The notes under the pieces were generated by a model, which worked only from the letters and a program-made list of their open reading frames with translations, did not search any database and was not told the origin of the DNA. Positions 56,796 to 64,000 of a stretch of 64,000 nucleotides of DNA are shown piece after piece. The translations under genes were made by a program, and so were the position numbers. This stretch comes from an uncultured Erysipelotrichaceae bacterium (lineage in GTDB: Bacteria > Bacillota_I > Bacilli_A > RFN20 > CAG-826): NCBI GenBank assembly GCA_902791935.1, contig CADAXQ010000007.1, positions 2,338 through 66,337 on the forward strand, in the 5' to 3' direction. Position 1 is the first letter of the stretch; each line of letters starts with the position of its first letter.

Positions 56796-57197
56796 ATGGC
56801 AGCACAAGGAAGAAAAAACATCCACGGCAAAACGGGCGTCCGCTTCAAGGCCGGCTATACCGCTTCGAAGAACTATTCGATGCTTCGTAATGTCGTTTCC
56901 GAATTGATCGTCAATGGCCACGTCAACGTGACTTCTGGCGTCGTTCGTGAGCTCGTTCCGCTCGCCGACAAAATGGTCACTTATGCCAAGCAGAATGACT
57001 TGGCGGCACGGCGTGAATGCGAAAAAGTGCTTCGGAAAGGCATCAAAGACGCGAAAGGCGTGGATAGCTTAACCAAACTCTTCACCGAGATTGGTCCGAA
57101 GTTCAAAGACCGCAAAGGCGGCTATACCAAACTCTATAAGCTTGGCGCCCGTAAAGGCGACAATGCCGAAGTGGTGATGGTCGTCTGGGCCGACTAA
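56796..57197 (+). CDS. rplQ: 50S ribosomal protein L17
   Basis: RKGGYTKLYKLGARKGDNAEVVMV. It is the last gene of the alpha operon. Confidence 0.96.
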   Translation: MAAQGRKNIHGKTGVRFKAGYTASKNYSMLRNVVSELIVNGHVNVTSGVVRELVPLADKMVTYAKQNDLAARRECEKVLRKGIKDAKGVDSLTKLFTEIGPKFKDRKGGYTKLYKLGARKGDNAEVVMVVWAD

Positions 57198-57217
57198 TCG
57201 ACGCAATCGGTTTCTTG

Positions 57218-57249
57218 CCTCTATCGAAAGATAGGGGCTTTTCTTTATT
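57218..57249 (+). terminator. Intrinsic terminator of the ribosomal superoperon
   Basis: Stem cctctatc / gatagggg (8 bp, one G-U pair) with a GAAA loop, followed by cttttcttt. Confidence 0.8.
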
Positions 57250-57254
57250 CCGAT

Positions 57255-57280
57255 AAGAAAAAGGATGGCGAACCATCCTT
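57255..57280 (-). terminator. Intrinsic terminator of the hypB-like operon
   Basis: Stem aaggatgg / ccatcctt with loop cgaa. The minus strand reads hairpin plus tttttc. It overlaps the stop codon of the 135-aa gene. Confidence 0.75.
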
Positions 57281-57686
57281 ATTCTTCATAATTGTTAAGA
57301 ACGCGCTGGAATTCTGCCTCAGGGCATGATTGATCGAAATCCCAACCAAATGGTTTGAATTCTCCAGAGAACACCGCCTCGTAGAGTTCACCAGCAGAAC
57401 CTTCAAAGGCAATTTCAGGATCTTCTTGCTTACTATGGTAGAGGAAGAAGGGCATGACCCGTAAAAAAGGATAAGACGAATATTGTTTTTGCTCCTTTAA
57501 CCAAGGAAGCGCCTTCCAAAACGAATTGAGATTCGTCTTCGAAGAGAAGAATGCCAGGGTCACGTTAGAAGGATCCGAGGGGACTGTATCGACTTTTTCA
57601 AGGTCGTAACCCAGCTTGGTTAATTGTTGAAGCACTGACTTTGCTTCCGCTTCGTCTTCAGGCGCGTAAGCGTAAAAGAGTTTCAT
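57279..57686 (-). CDS. 135-aa protein of unknown function (possible flavodoxin/TIR-like fold), coupled to the hypB-like gene
   Basis: ATGA overlap with the upstream GTPase gene. The beta-alpha start KLFYAYAPEDEAEAKSVLQQLTKLGYDL is reminiscent of TIR/DUF1863-type domains, but I could confirm no motif. Confidence 0.5.
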   Translation of the reverse strand: MKLFYAYAPEDEAEAKSVLQQLTKLGYDLEKVDTVPSDPSNVTLAFFSSKTNLNSFWKALPWLKEQKQYSSYPFLRVMPFFLYHSKQEDPEIAFEGSAGELYEAVFSGEFKPFGWDFDQSCPEAEFQRVLNNYEE

Positions 57687-58363
57687 TCGGCTTTTCCTTG
57701 ATAGGCTTTCACTTCATGAAGAAGTGCAGCGGCTAAGCGGTCCACCCCTTGATCGGTTTTCGCGGATAAGGGGAAGAACTTCGCGTTTGGATTTTCTTTC
57801 AAAATTGAGGCTTCGACGCGGTCCACATTGAAATCGAAGTAGGAAATCGCGTCCATTTTGGTGAACACGAACCAATCGCCGCGTTCAAACATCAACGGAT
57901 ACTTTAAGGGTTTATCATCGCCTTCTGGGATGGATAACAATACCATTTTTAACGTGGCGCCCGTATCGAATTCGGCAGGGCAGACTAAATTTCCGATGTT
58001 CTCCAAGAAGACCAAATCCAATCCTTCATCGCCTAAAAAGTTCATGCCTTCGTCCACCATTTTGGCATCAAGATGGCATTCGCCAGACGTATGCAGTTGC
58101 ACTGTTTTGACCCCGGTCTTATTTTCCACCGTGTTGGCATCCACGATGGCATCCATATCGGCTTCAATGACCCCGATACGAAGATCGTTCTTCAAACGGT
58201 TGATGAGATTCACAAGCAATGTGGTCTTGCCGCTTCCTGGGCTTGACATCACATTCACGAGGAATACCCCCCGTTCTTTTAATTTTTGGCGTAATGCATC
58301 GGCACGAGCATCGTTATTCGCGAGCACCGATTGCTTAACTTTAATGACACGGACTTGATCCAT
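57683..58363 (-). CDS. hypB: G3E-family metallochaperone GTPase, HypB-like
   Basis: SSPGSGKTTLL P-loop, metal-site motifs GECHLDA and IGNLVCPAEFD, and FTKMD (NKxD-like). It has no N-terminal CxxCGC or His-rich region. SD aaggagagg. Confidence 0.7.
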   Translation of the reverse strand: MDQVRVIKVKQSVLANNDARADALRQKLKERGVFLVNVMSSPGSGKTTLLVNLINRLKNDLRIGVIEADMDAIVDANTVENKTGVKTVQLHTSGECHLDAKMVDEGMNFLGDEGLDLVFLENIGNLVCPAEFDTGATLKMVLLSIPEGDDKPLKYPLMFERGDWFVFTKMDAISYFDFNVDRVEASILKENPNAKFFPLSAKTDQGVDRLAAALLHEVKAYQGKAE

Positions 58364-58501
58364 TTTTAAACCTCTCCTTTGACTTATCTTCTTAATTGTA
58401 ATCGAGATTTGAACAAACGGGGGATATCATGCATTTTTCCCAGGGATAAGAGTTAAAGTGAGAGGCAAAAAAGGGTATGATGAACAAGGAAGAAAAATCT
58501 C

Positions 58502-59176
58502 ATGACTTTTCTTCGTTCAAAACCCATGAAAAACTACATCTTTGACTTAGACGGAACGATTCTCAACACGATCTCAGGCATTCGTTATGCGATTAATGAA
58601 GCGCTGGAAACGAATGGTTTTCCTTATCGTTATGATGATAGCAGTGCAAAACGTCTTATCGGAGATGGGACCGATGCCTTGGTGCACCGCGCCTTGCAAG
58701 ATCAAGATAACCCCAAGAACTTTGCGTTAATTAAGGCCGCCTATATGCCGCGTTATCGAGCAAACCAGAAGATTCATACGAGTTTATTTCCTGGCGTCAA
58801 AGAAGCGTTAGAGCATCTTCGAAAAGAAGGTGCGCAGTTATTTGTGTGCACGAATAAGCCCGATGCATTAGCCCAGCGGATTGTCACGAAGTTCTACGGC
58901 ACCGACTTTTTCACGGAGATTCGTGGCTTAAGAGACGGGGAAGTCCCTAAGCCCAATCCAGCGATTGTGAATGCTTTCTTTGCAAGCCACCCCGATTTAA
59001 AACACGAAGAGACGTTATTTGTCGGGGATTCCATCACGGATTACCATACCGCGAACAATGCGAAGTTACTTTGTGGTATCTGCTTATGGGGTTATGGCCG
59101 TTATGAAGAGGATTGGCTTACCCATTGCGCCTATCGTTTTACGAAACCGGAGGATTTATGGAACACGTTCTTTTGA
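58502..59176 (+). CDS. HAD-superfamily hydrolase (phosphoglycolate-phosphatase-like)
   Basis: DLDGT motif I (YIFDLDGTILNT), TNK motif and GDSITD motif IV. ATG 58502 has an aaggaag SD, and ATG 58526 is an alternative start. Confidence 0.75.
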   Translation: MTFLRSKPMKNYIFDLDGTILNTISGIRYAINEALETNGFPYRYDDSSAKRLIGDGTDALVHRALQDQDNPKNFALIKAAYMPRYRANQKIHTSLFPGVKEALEHLRKEGAQLFVCTNKPDALAQRIVTKFYGTDFFTEIRGLRDGEVPKPNPAIVNAFFASHPDLKHEETLFVGDSITDYHTANNAKLLCGICLWGYGRYEEDWLTHCAYRFTKPEDLWNTFF

Positions 59177-60027
59177 AAACAAAACAACGCGATTTTGCCG
59201 GTAAATTTTTGATTTCCGTGCGGTTAATCCCCGTGATTTTCTTGACGTTAGTTGCCTTGGTGTTTTCGTTAACGTACGGAAATCCACGGTTTGCGACTGC
59301 CGGAGATTCTTCTCGTCCAAGTAACTTAACCATCGGCGGCTGGTACTTTGGCGCGATGGCAGTGCTACTCCTTATTGATGTTGGGCTCGAGCATGAATAC
59401 GCACCCTCGGCTTCCCCAGCTTATTCCATTGCCTCGTTCTCTCATTCCATTATGGAAGGGCTTGTCACTGGATTATTCATCGTGAATTACTACCATTACC
59501 TTCCCGAAGGGGAAAACAAAGCCGATCGGTTGTTGTCGGTGGCGATTCTCTTGCTCCTTGCTTTGGTGAATATCCTTTATCGGTTTATGACATGGCAAAA
59601 GAAGTGGATGACCGAGACGCATAAAGGCGACGAACTCATTGCCGCCTATATTGGTTTCCTAGGTTTTGGGAACTGTGCGTTAGCGTCCTTGCCCTTAACG
59701 GCATTATGGATTGATCAACCAGGACGAGCCGACTATGTTGCGATTTTCACAGACATTGCCTTCTTCGCTTCTTTGTTAGAAACATTGCTTGGCGTAGCCT
59801 GGCTATCGATGGGCGCCATTCGTTCTTACGTAAAATCTAATTTCTTTTTCTATTTATCGGTGTTTAATTTCTTTGCTGCCATAGCGGCCGTCATCGTTGC
59901 CGCGTTCGGCTATTCCTATGGCATCCTCACTTTACCTTTAGCGTACTGGTGTTGGGCCTCTTTTGGAGTGGCCATCGTCACCTGGGCTAGTGCGATGAGC
60001 TATTTGGCTTATTTAGGAGTCCATTAA
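59158..60027 (+). CDS. Polytopic membrane protein of unknown function
   Basis: About 8 TM helices. The start at MEHVLLKTKQRDF is preceded by ggagg and overlaps the HAD gene end. Confidence 0.5.
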   Translation: MEHVLLKTKQRDFAGKFLISVRLIPVIFLTLVALVFSLTYGNPRFATAGDSSRPSNLTIGGWYFGAMAVLLLIDVGLEHEYAPSASPAYSIASFSHSIMEGLVTGLFIVNYYHYLPEGENKADRLLSVAILLLLALVNILYRFMTWQKKWMTETHKGDELIAAYIGFLGFGNCALASLPLTALWIDQPGRADYVAIFTDIAFFASLLETLLGVAWLSMGAIRSYVKSNFFFYLSVFNFFAAIAAVIVAAFGYSYGILTLPLAYWCWASFGVAIVTWASAMSYLAYLGVH

Positions 60028-60043
60028 GTTAGGAGAAATGCAT

Positions 60044-61390
60044 ATGCGTACCATTCAATTATTCAATTCCTGGGGCATGAAGAAAGAAACGTTTGTCCCC
60101 CAAGTGCCAGGCAAGGTATCGATTTATTGCTGCGGCCCAACCGTTTATAGCGATCCTCACATCGGGAACTTCCGTCCCGTGGTGACGTTTGACGTGTTAA
60201 GACGTTTATTCATCCGCGAAGGTTATCAAGTGACATTCGTTTCGAACTATACCGATGTCGATGACAAAATCATTCAACGCGCGAAAGCGTTAGGCATCAC
60301 CGAACAAGAATTAACCACCGGTGTGATTGCTGAATATCGTCGTTTGGTAGATGCGGTGGGGGCGTTGCAGCCAGATTACACGCCGACCCCGACCGTTTAT
60401 ATGCCTCAAATCATCTCTTATGTCGAAGATTTGGTGAATCATGGTTCCGCTTATGTGGCGGACGGCGACGTTTATTTAAGCGTCAGAAAGATTCCAGGCT
60501 ATGGTTCCTTGTCAGGAAACGCGATTGAAGATTTAGAAAGCGGTGCTCGGATTGCGCTTGGGGACAAGAAACAAGACCCATTAGACTTTGCGTTATGGAA
60601 AGCCACCACCGAAGGCATCCGTTGGGATTCTCCCTGGGGCAAAGGAAGACCGGGCTGGCATACGGAATGCTGCGTCATGATTCATTCCATCTTTGCCGAT
60701 CAAAAAGGTTTCATTGATATCCATGGTGGTGGCTTTGACTTAAAGTTCCCCCATCACGAAAACGAAATTGCCCAAGCCATGGCCCATGATGGCCATCGCT
60801 TAGCCCAATATTGGATGCATAACGGCTTTATCAACATCAACAACGTCAAGATGTCGAAATCGCTTGGCAATGTCGTGTTGATGAAAGATGTGGTGAACGA
60901 ATATGGCGGCATTCCTTTCCGTTTGATGTTATTGGCCTCGCATTATCGCGCCCCAGCATCATTTAGCCCTGAAACCATTCAAGAAGCCCAGGTGAAATAC
61001 CAACAACTTGAGACATCGTTACGGAAAGCGGCCATTGCCTTGGAACGTCACGATATTGATATTGACTCCCTAAAGGCCAAAGACGATACGCCGTTCTATG
61101 ATGCGCTATGTGATGACTTGAATACACCAAATGCTTTAGCGGCCCTTTATGAAGACAACAAACTCCTCAATACGTTATGGCGCACGAAGAACATTGATTA
61201 CGACCATTTGAGCGATGTTTTTGCCCAAGTGAAAGACGAATGCGATGTCTTAGGCTTGAACATGGAACTCCCCCATCTTTCTAAGGAAGACAAATCGCTT
61301 TATGAGGAGTATGATTTAGCCAAGCAAAATAAGGATTTTGGCCGCTCGGACGCCTTGCGTGCAGAATTGATGGCAAAACACCTTTTTTGA
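60044..61390 (+). CDS. cysS: Cysteine--tRNA ligase
   Basis: CGPTVYSDPHIGN (HIGH-type) and KMSKSLGN motifs. ATG 60044 is better spaced from aggag than ATG 60038. Confidence 0.95.
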   Translation: MRTIQLFNSWGMKKETFVPQVPGKVSIYCCGPTVYSDPHIGNFRPVVTFDVLRRLFIREGYQVTFVSNYTDVDDKIIQRAKALGITEQELTTGVIAEYRRLVDAVGALQPDYTPTPTVYMPQIISYVEDLVNHGSAYVADGDVYLSVRKIPGYGSLSGNAIEDLESGARIALGDKKQDPLDFALWKATTEGIRWDSPWGKGRPGWHTECCVMIHSIFADQKGFIDIHGGGFDLKFPHHENEIAQAMAHDGHRLAQYWMHNGFININNVKMSKSLGNVVLMKDVVNEYGGIPFRLMLLASHYRAPASFSPETIQEAQVKYQQLETSLRKAAIALERHDIDIDSLKAKDDTPFYDALCDDLNTPNALAALYEDNKLLNTLWRTKNIDYDHLSDVFAQVKDECDVLGLNMELPHLSKEDKSLYEEYDLAKQNKDFGRSDALRAELMAKHLF

Positions 61391-61412
61391 CTTCTCTTAA
61401 AGGAGATTCGTT

Positions 61413-62219
61413 ATGATGTATGCGCAAACGCTGTCCTGGGATACCTGGGACGCAGACATCATCCGCTGGTTTAACAATGGGTTTAACGGGGCAACCTCAC
61501 AAGAGGCGGGCAATTTCGTTTTAATGATTTGCTCGTTGTTATTGACGGTCATTTTAACGGGTGCTTTAGGCTTTGAACGGGAATACCGTGGCCATCATGC
61601 CGGTCTTCGTACCCACGTTTTGGTCGGCGTCGGTTCTTGTTTGATCATGATGATTTCGATTTACGGCTTCACCCCCTGGGATGAAGCGTTTGTCACGGGT
61701 GCGGCAACCAGGAGCGGCGCCCCCGCGGCACGTGACCCGACACGTTTAGCGGCCCAGGTCGTTTCTGGCATCGGCTTCTTAGGTGCGGGCGCCATCATTC
61801 AAAATGGCGTTGGGGTCAAAGGATTAACGACCGCGACGACATTATGGGTAGCCATGGCATTAGGCTTAGCTTGTGGCGGTGGTAATTTCCTATTAGGGGC
61901 CATGACAGCGGTTGTGGCGCTCTTTGCCTTAATCATGCTTCACTCGGTCGACCGTTGGATTGCCAGACGCGACCCCATTGTTGTCATGGTCGTCGAAAAT
62001 AACAAACCAGCATTAAAAGAAATCATGACGATTGCGGGACGTTATGGCGTCACCATTAAAGAAACCTATTCAGAATTATTGACGAATCAAAGCGGAACGC
62101 CCATTCGGATGAATATTCGTTGCAGCCATGAAAATCCCGCTAGTATCGCAACTTTTGTCGAAGAACTTCGAAATTCGATCAAGCCAATGGAAATTCATTT
62201 GGCCATTAGTGAAAAGTAA
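61413..62219 (+). CDS. MgtC/SapB-family membrane protein with a C-terminal ACT-like domain
   Basis: GFEREYRGHHAGLRTH signature, 4-5 TM helices and a soluble C-terminal domain. Confidence 0.8.
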   Translation: MMYAQTLSWDTWDADIIRWFNNGFNGATSQEAGNFVLMICSLLLTVILTGALGFEREYRGHHAGLRTHVLVGVGSCLIMMISIYGFTPWDEAFVTGAATRSGAPAARDPTRLAAQVVSGIGFLGAGAIIQNGVGVKGLTTATTLWVAMALGLACGGGNFLLGAMTAVVALFALIMLHSVDRWIARRDPIVVMVVENNKPALKEIMTIAGRYGVTIKETYSELLTNQSGTPIRMNIRCSHENPASIATFVEELRNSIKPMEIHLAISEK

Positions 62220-62250
62220 TGCTTGCTAAATGACAGGATGTTAAATTACA

Positions 62251-62973
62251 ATGAGTTTACAAGTTTACGGTAAAAATGCCGTCCGAGCAAGTCTCGAGGC
62301 CGGCTGCGTGAAAGTCCTTTACACGCTCTCGCGGTTCGAGAACGACGATCTTGTAGCGCTGGCTCGGAGAAAGAACATAGCTGTGAAATTCGTTAGCGAT
62401 AACGAATTAACAAACTTAGCATCGTCTTCGGTCCACCAGGGGTATGTTGCTACGTGCGAAGCGGTCAAATCCTACTCCCTCGAGGAATTATTAGCGAGTA
62501 TTCCTGCTACCAAGAAATATCCTCTCTTACTAATCCTCGACGGAATTGAAGATCCCCACAACTTAGGGGCAATCTTAAGGACTTGCGATGCTTTCAGCGT
62601 TGATGGTGTGATTTTGAAGAAACATGGTGAAGTTCCGCTCAACGGAACAGTAGCCAAAGTTTCCACCGGGGCAATTCATTATGTGAAAGTGGCCACCGTC
62701 CCGAATCTCACGCGCGCCATCGACGTCTTAAAGAAACGCGGGTACTGGATCGTTGCCTCCGATGGTTCGGCCAAGCAAAGTTATCGGGATGTCGATTATC
62801 ATTCGCCGATCGCGTTAGTCGTCGGAAGCGAAGGATTTGGGATTTCGCGTTTGGTGTTACAGAACGCTGATTTTGTCGTGAAGATTCCGATGACGGGTCA
62901 CGTGAGTTGCTTAAACGCTTCGGTCGCTTGTGCGATTCTTATCTCCGAAGCGGTTGCTGCTCAAAATGAATGA
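62251..62973 (+). CDS. rlmB: 23S rRNA 2'-O-ribose methyltransferase, TrmH/RlmB family
   Basis: SpoU motifs (LDGIEDPHNLGAILRT, VVGSEGFGIS, IPMTGHVSCLNASVA). It occupies the conserved cysS...rlmB-sigH neighbourhood. Confidence 0.85.
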   Translation: MSLQVYGKNAVRASLEAGCVKVLYTLSRFENDDLVALARRKNIAVKFVSDNELTNLASSSVHQGYVATCEAVKSYSLEELLASIPATKKYPLLLILDGIEDPHNLGAILRTCDAFSVDGVILKKHGEVPLNGTVAKVSTGAIHYVKVATVPNLTRAIDVLKKRGYWIVASDGSAKQSYRDVDYHSPIALVVGSEGFGISRLVLQNADFVVKIPMTGHVSCLNASVACAILISEAVAAQNE

Positions 62974-62982
62974 CCTGTTTTC

Positions 62983-63621
62983 ATGAATTATGACGCCTGC
63001 TCCGATGAGAGCCTGATTTTGCTGACGCGTAGCCAAAATGCTGATGCTTTCTACATCCTGACGAAACGTTATTTCCAAGTCCGCGTTCTTTTGTGCCGTT
63101 TTGCTTCTGCTGCCTTAGCAAGCTATTTCGACCCTTGGGACCTTAACCACGTCTTTTATGTCACCTTCAATGACTGCCTGAACGACTTTAAGTTCGGGAG
63201 TGGCAGTTTCAAATCTTATTTGATTCGTAGCCTTCGTCACGCGATGATTCGCGAAGCGAAGAAACTCCATCTGTTTGACCATGTTCCGACGTTGTCTTTG
63301 GATTACGCACCAAACGGGCAAGATACGTTACACGACGTCATCGGTAGCTCTGGGGACGATCCCAGGCGTTATGTCGACTATTTCGAGGAGGCAGAGCGGC
63401 TTGGCGTCTTAAAAGAGAAGCTAGAACCGGACGTCTTAAAAGCAGCAAGGCTTCGGCTTGATGGCATGACGTTTCCTGCCATTGCGGAAGTGCTAGGGGT
63501 GAGTCCTAAGAAAGCCCAACGTCTCTATGCCGCTTTCAAAGAGGCAGCGCAGAAGATCGTCGTCGGCGGGAACCCCGTCGATGCCTTGCCTCGGTGGACG
63601 AACGAGGAAGTCGTCTCATAA
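62983..63621 (+). CDS. Sigma-70 family sigma factor, SigH-like by position
   Basis: Region 2-like (FKSYLIRSLRHAMIREAKK) and region 4 HTH (GMTFPAIAEVLGVSPKKAQRLY). Its position downstream of rlmB matches Bacillus sigH. Confidence 0.65.
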   Translation: MNYDACSDESLILLTRSQNADAFYILTKRYFQVRVLLCRFASAALASYFDPWDLNHVFYVTFNDCLNDFKFGSGSFKSYLIRSLRHAMIREAKKLHLFDHVPTLSLDYAPNGQDTLHDVIGSSGDDPRRYVDYFEEAERLGVLKEKLEPDVLKAARLRLDGMTFPAIAEVLGVSPKKAQRLYAAFKEAAQKIVVGGNPVDALPRWTNEEVVS

Positions 63622-63649
63622 TCGATTTCTTGTTACAAAATCGTAAGAT

Positions 63650-63678
63650 AACGGCGCCCCTTTGATAGGGGTGTCGTT
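63650..63678 (+). other. Stable hairpin after the sigma-factor gene (no U-tract)
   Basis: A 12-bp stem aacggcgcccct / aggggtgtcgtt (two G-U pairs) with loop ttgat. Confidence 0.4.
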
Positions 63679-63857
63679 ATGAAACGACTTCCTTCGCCTG
63701 AAGACGGTTTGAAACAGCAAAGATCAAAAAATGCTATTTCCTGATTTTCTCACTACCCAAATTGTTTCCTGTGGCAATTAGATTGGCAGCCTTGCTGCCT
63801 GATATTTTTAAAAACGTTTCCTATTTCTATTTATTTTGATATTCTAATTATGTAGAG

Positions 63858-63909
63858 CCCACCACGCATCAGGCGGAAACGCACTGCGGACCACGGTTGG
63901 GACTTTTTT
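63858..63909 (+). terminator. Terminator/attenuator-like compound hairpin followed by T6
   Basis: Outer stem cccacc (63858-63) / gg(t)tggg (63895-901). Inner hairpin cag-gcg-GAAA-cgc-a-ctg (63870-86). TTTTTT follows at 63904-09. An extended -10-like TGaTATTCT lies at 63837-45. Confidence 0.35.
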
Positions 63910-64000
63910 ATAGGGAACCATAACTCTTAAAAGCTGTGTTTACCCACAGTAGCAAAAGCGGATTCCAAAAAATATCGTGGCCTCATCTGAATCCGTGGTT

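Overview
This 64-kb chromosomal window comes from a low-GC Bacillota-type organism. TGA is a stop codon here (phnC ends in ATGA at 4783-4786, and S8 ends ...VW-TGA), so the code is 11, not 4. Several features suggest, by inference only, a wall-less or Mollicutes-related anaerobe (Acholeplasma, RF39 or Erysipelotrichia-like): many lipobox lipoproteins, no L30 gene, ribosomal proteins with K/A-rich tails, class III RNR and Feo. Gene content in order: a large lipoprotein; a phn/p37-like ABC importer (binding lipoprotein, ATPase, two permeases) ending in a P-loop kinase; a BcrAD/BadFG double-activase plus a DUF2229 dehydratase-like partner; a 450-nt gene-free stretch with a candidate ~210-nt structured RNA; an HMA metallochaperone; feoA-feoA-feoB; a family-6 UDG; trpS; rarA; an AT-rich islet with an orphan Arch_ATPase-like NTPase flanked by repeat arrays; nrdG; nrdD fused to a thioredoxin-fold domain, plus a TrxR-like flavoprotein; mscL; a rimK-like ATP-grasp gene; nadE; a gtrA-like gene; glnA; sdaA; a queuosine salvage cluster (preQ1-I riboswitch candidate, queT, tgt, queA, queH) interrupted by an SPFH/NfeD pair; the complete S10-spc-alpha ribosomal superoperon (rpsJ to rplQ, including secY, adk, map, infA, rpmJ, rpoA); an orphan hypB-like GTPase operon; a HAD phosphatase; cysS; mgtC; rlmB; and a SigH-like sigma factor. 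I found no transposase, integrase, CRISPR array, rRNA or tRNA gene. The observations I rate highest are: the stand-alone candidate ncRNA at 11.34-11.55 kb; a recurrent '-10 hexamer, 6-9 nt, ATG' arrangement implying many leaderless mRNAs; the NrdD-thioredoxin fusion with a TrxR-like protein lacking NADPH-binding residues; an apparently circularly permuted PhnD-family binding protein; a Phd/YefM-like domain fused to NadE; low-complexity extensions on at least eight ribosomal proteins; and two unrelated short tandem-repeat arrays. All functional calls rest on motif recognition by eye, and no database search was run.
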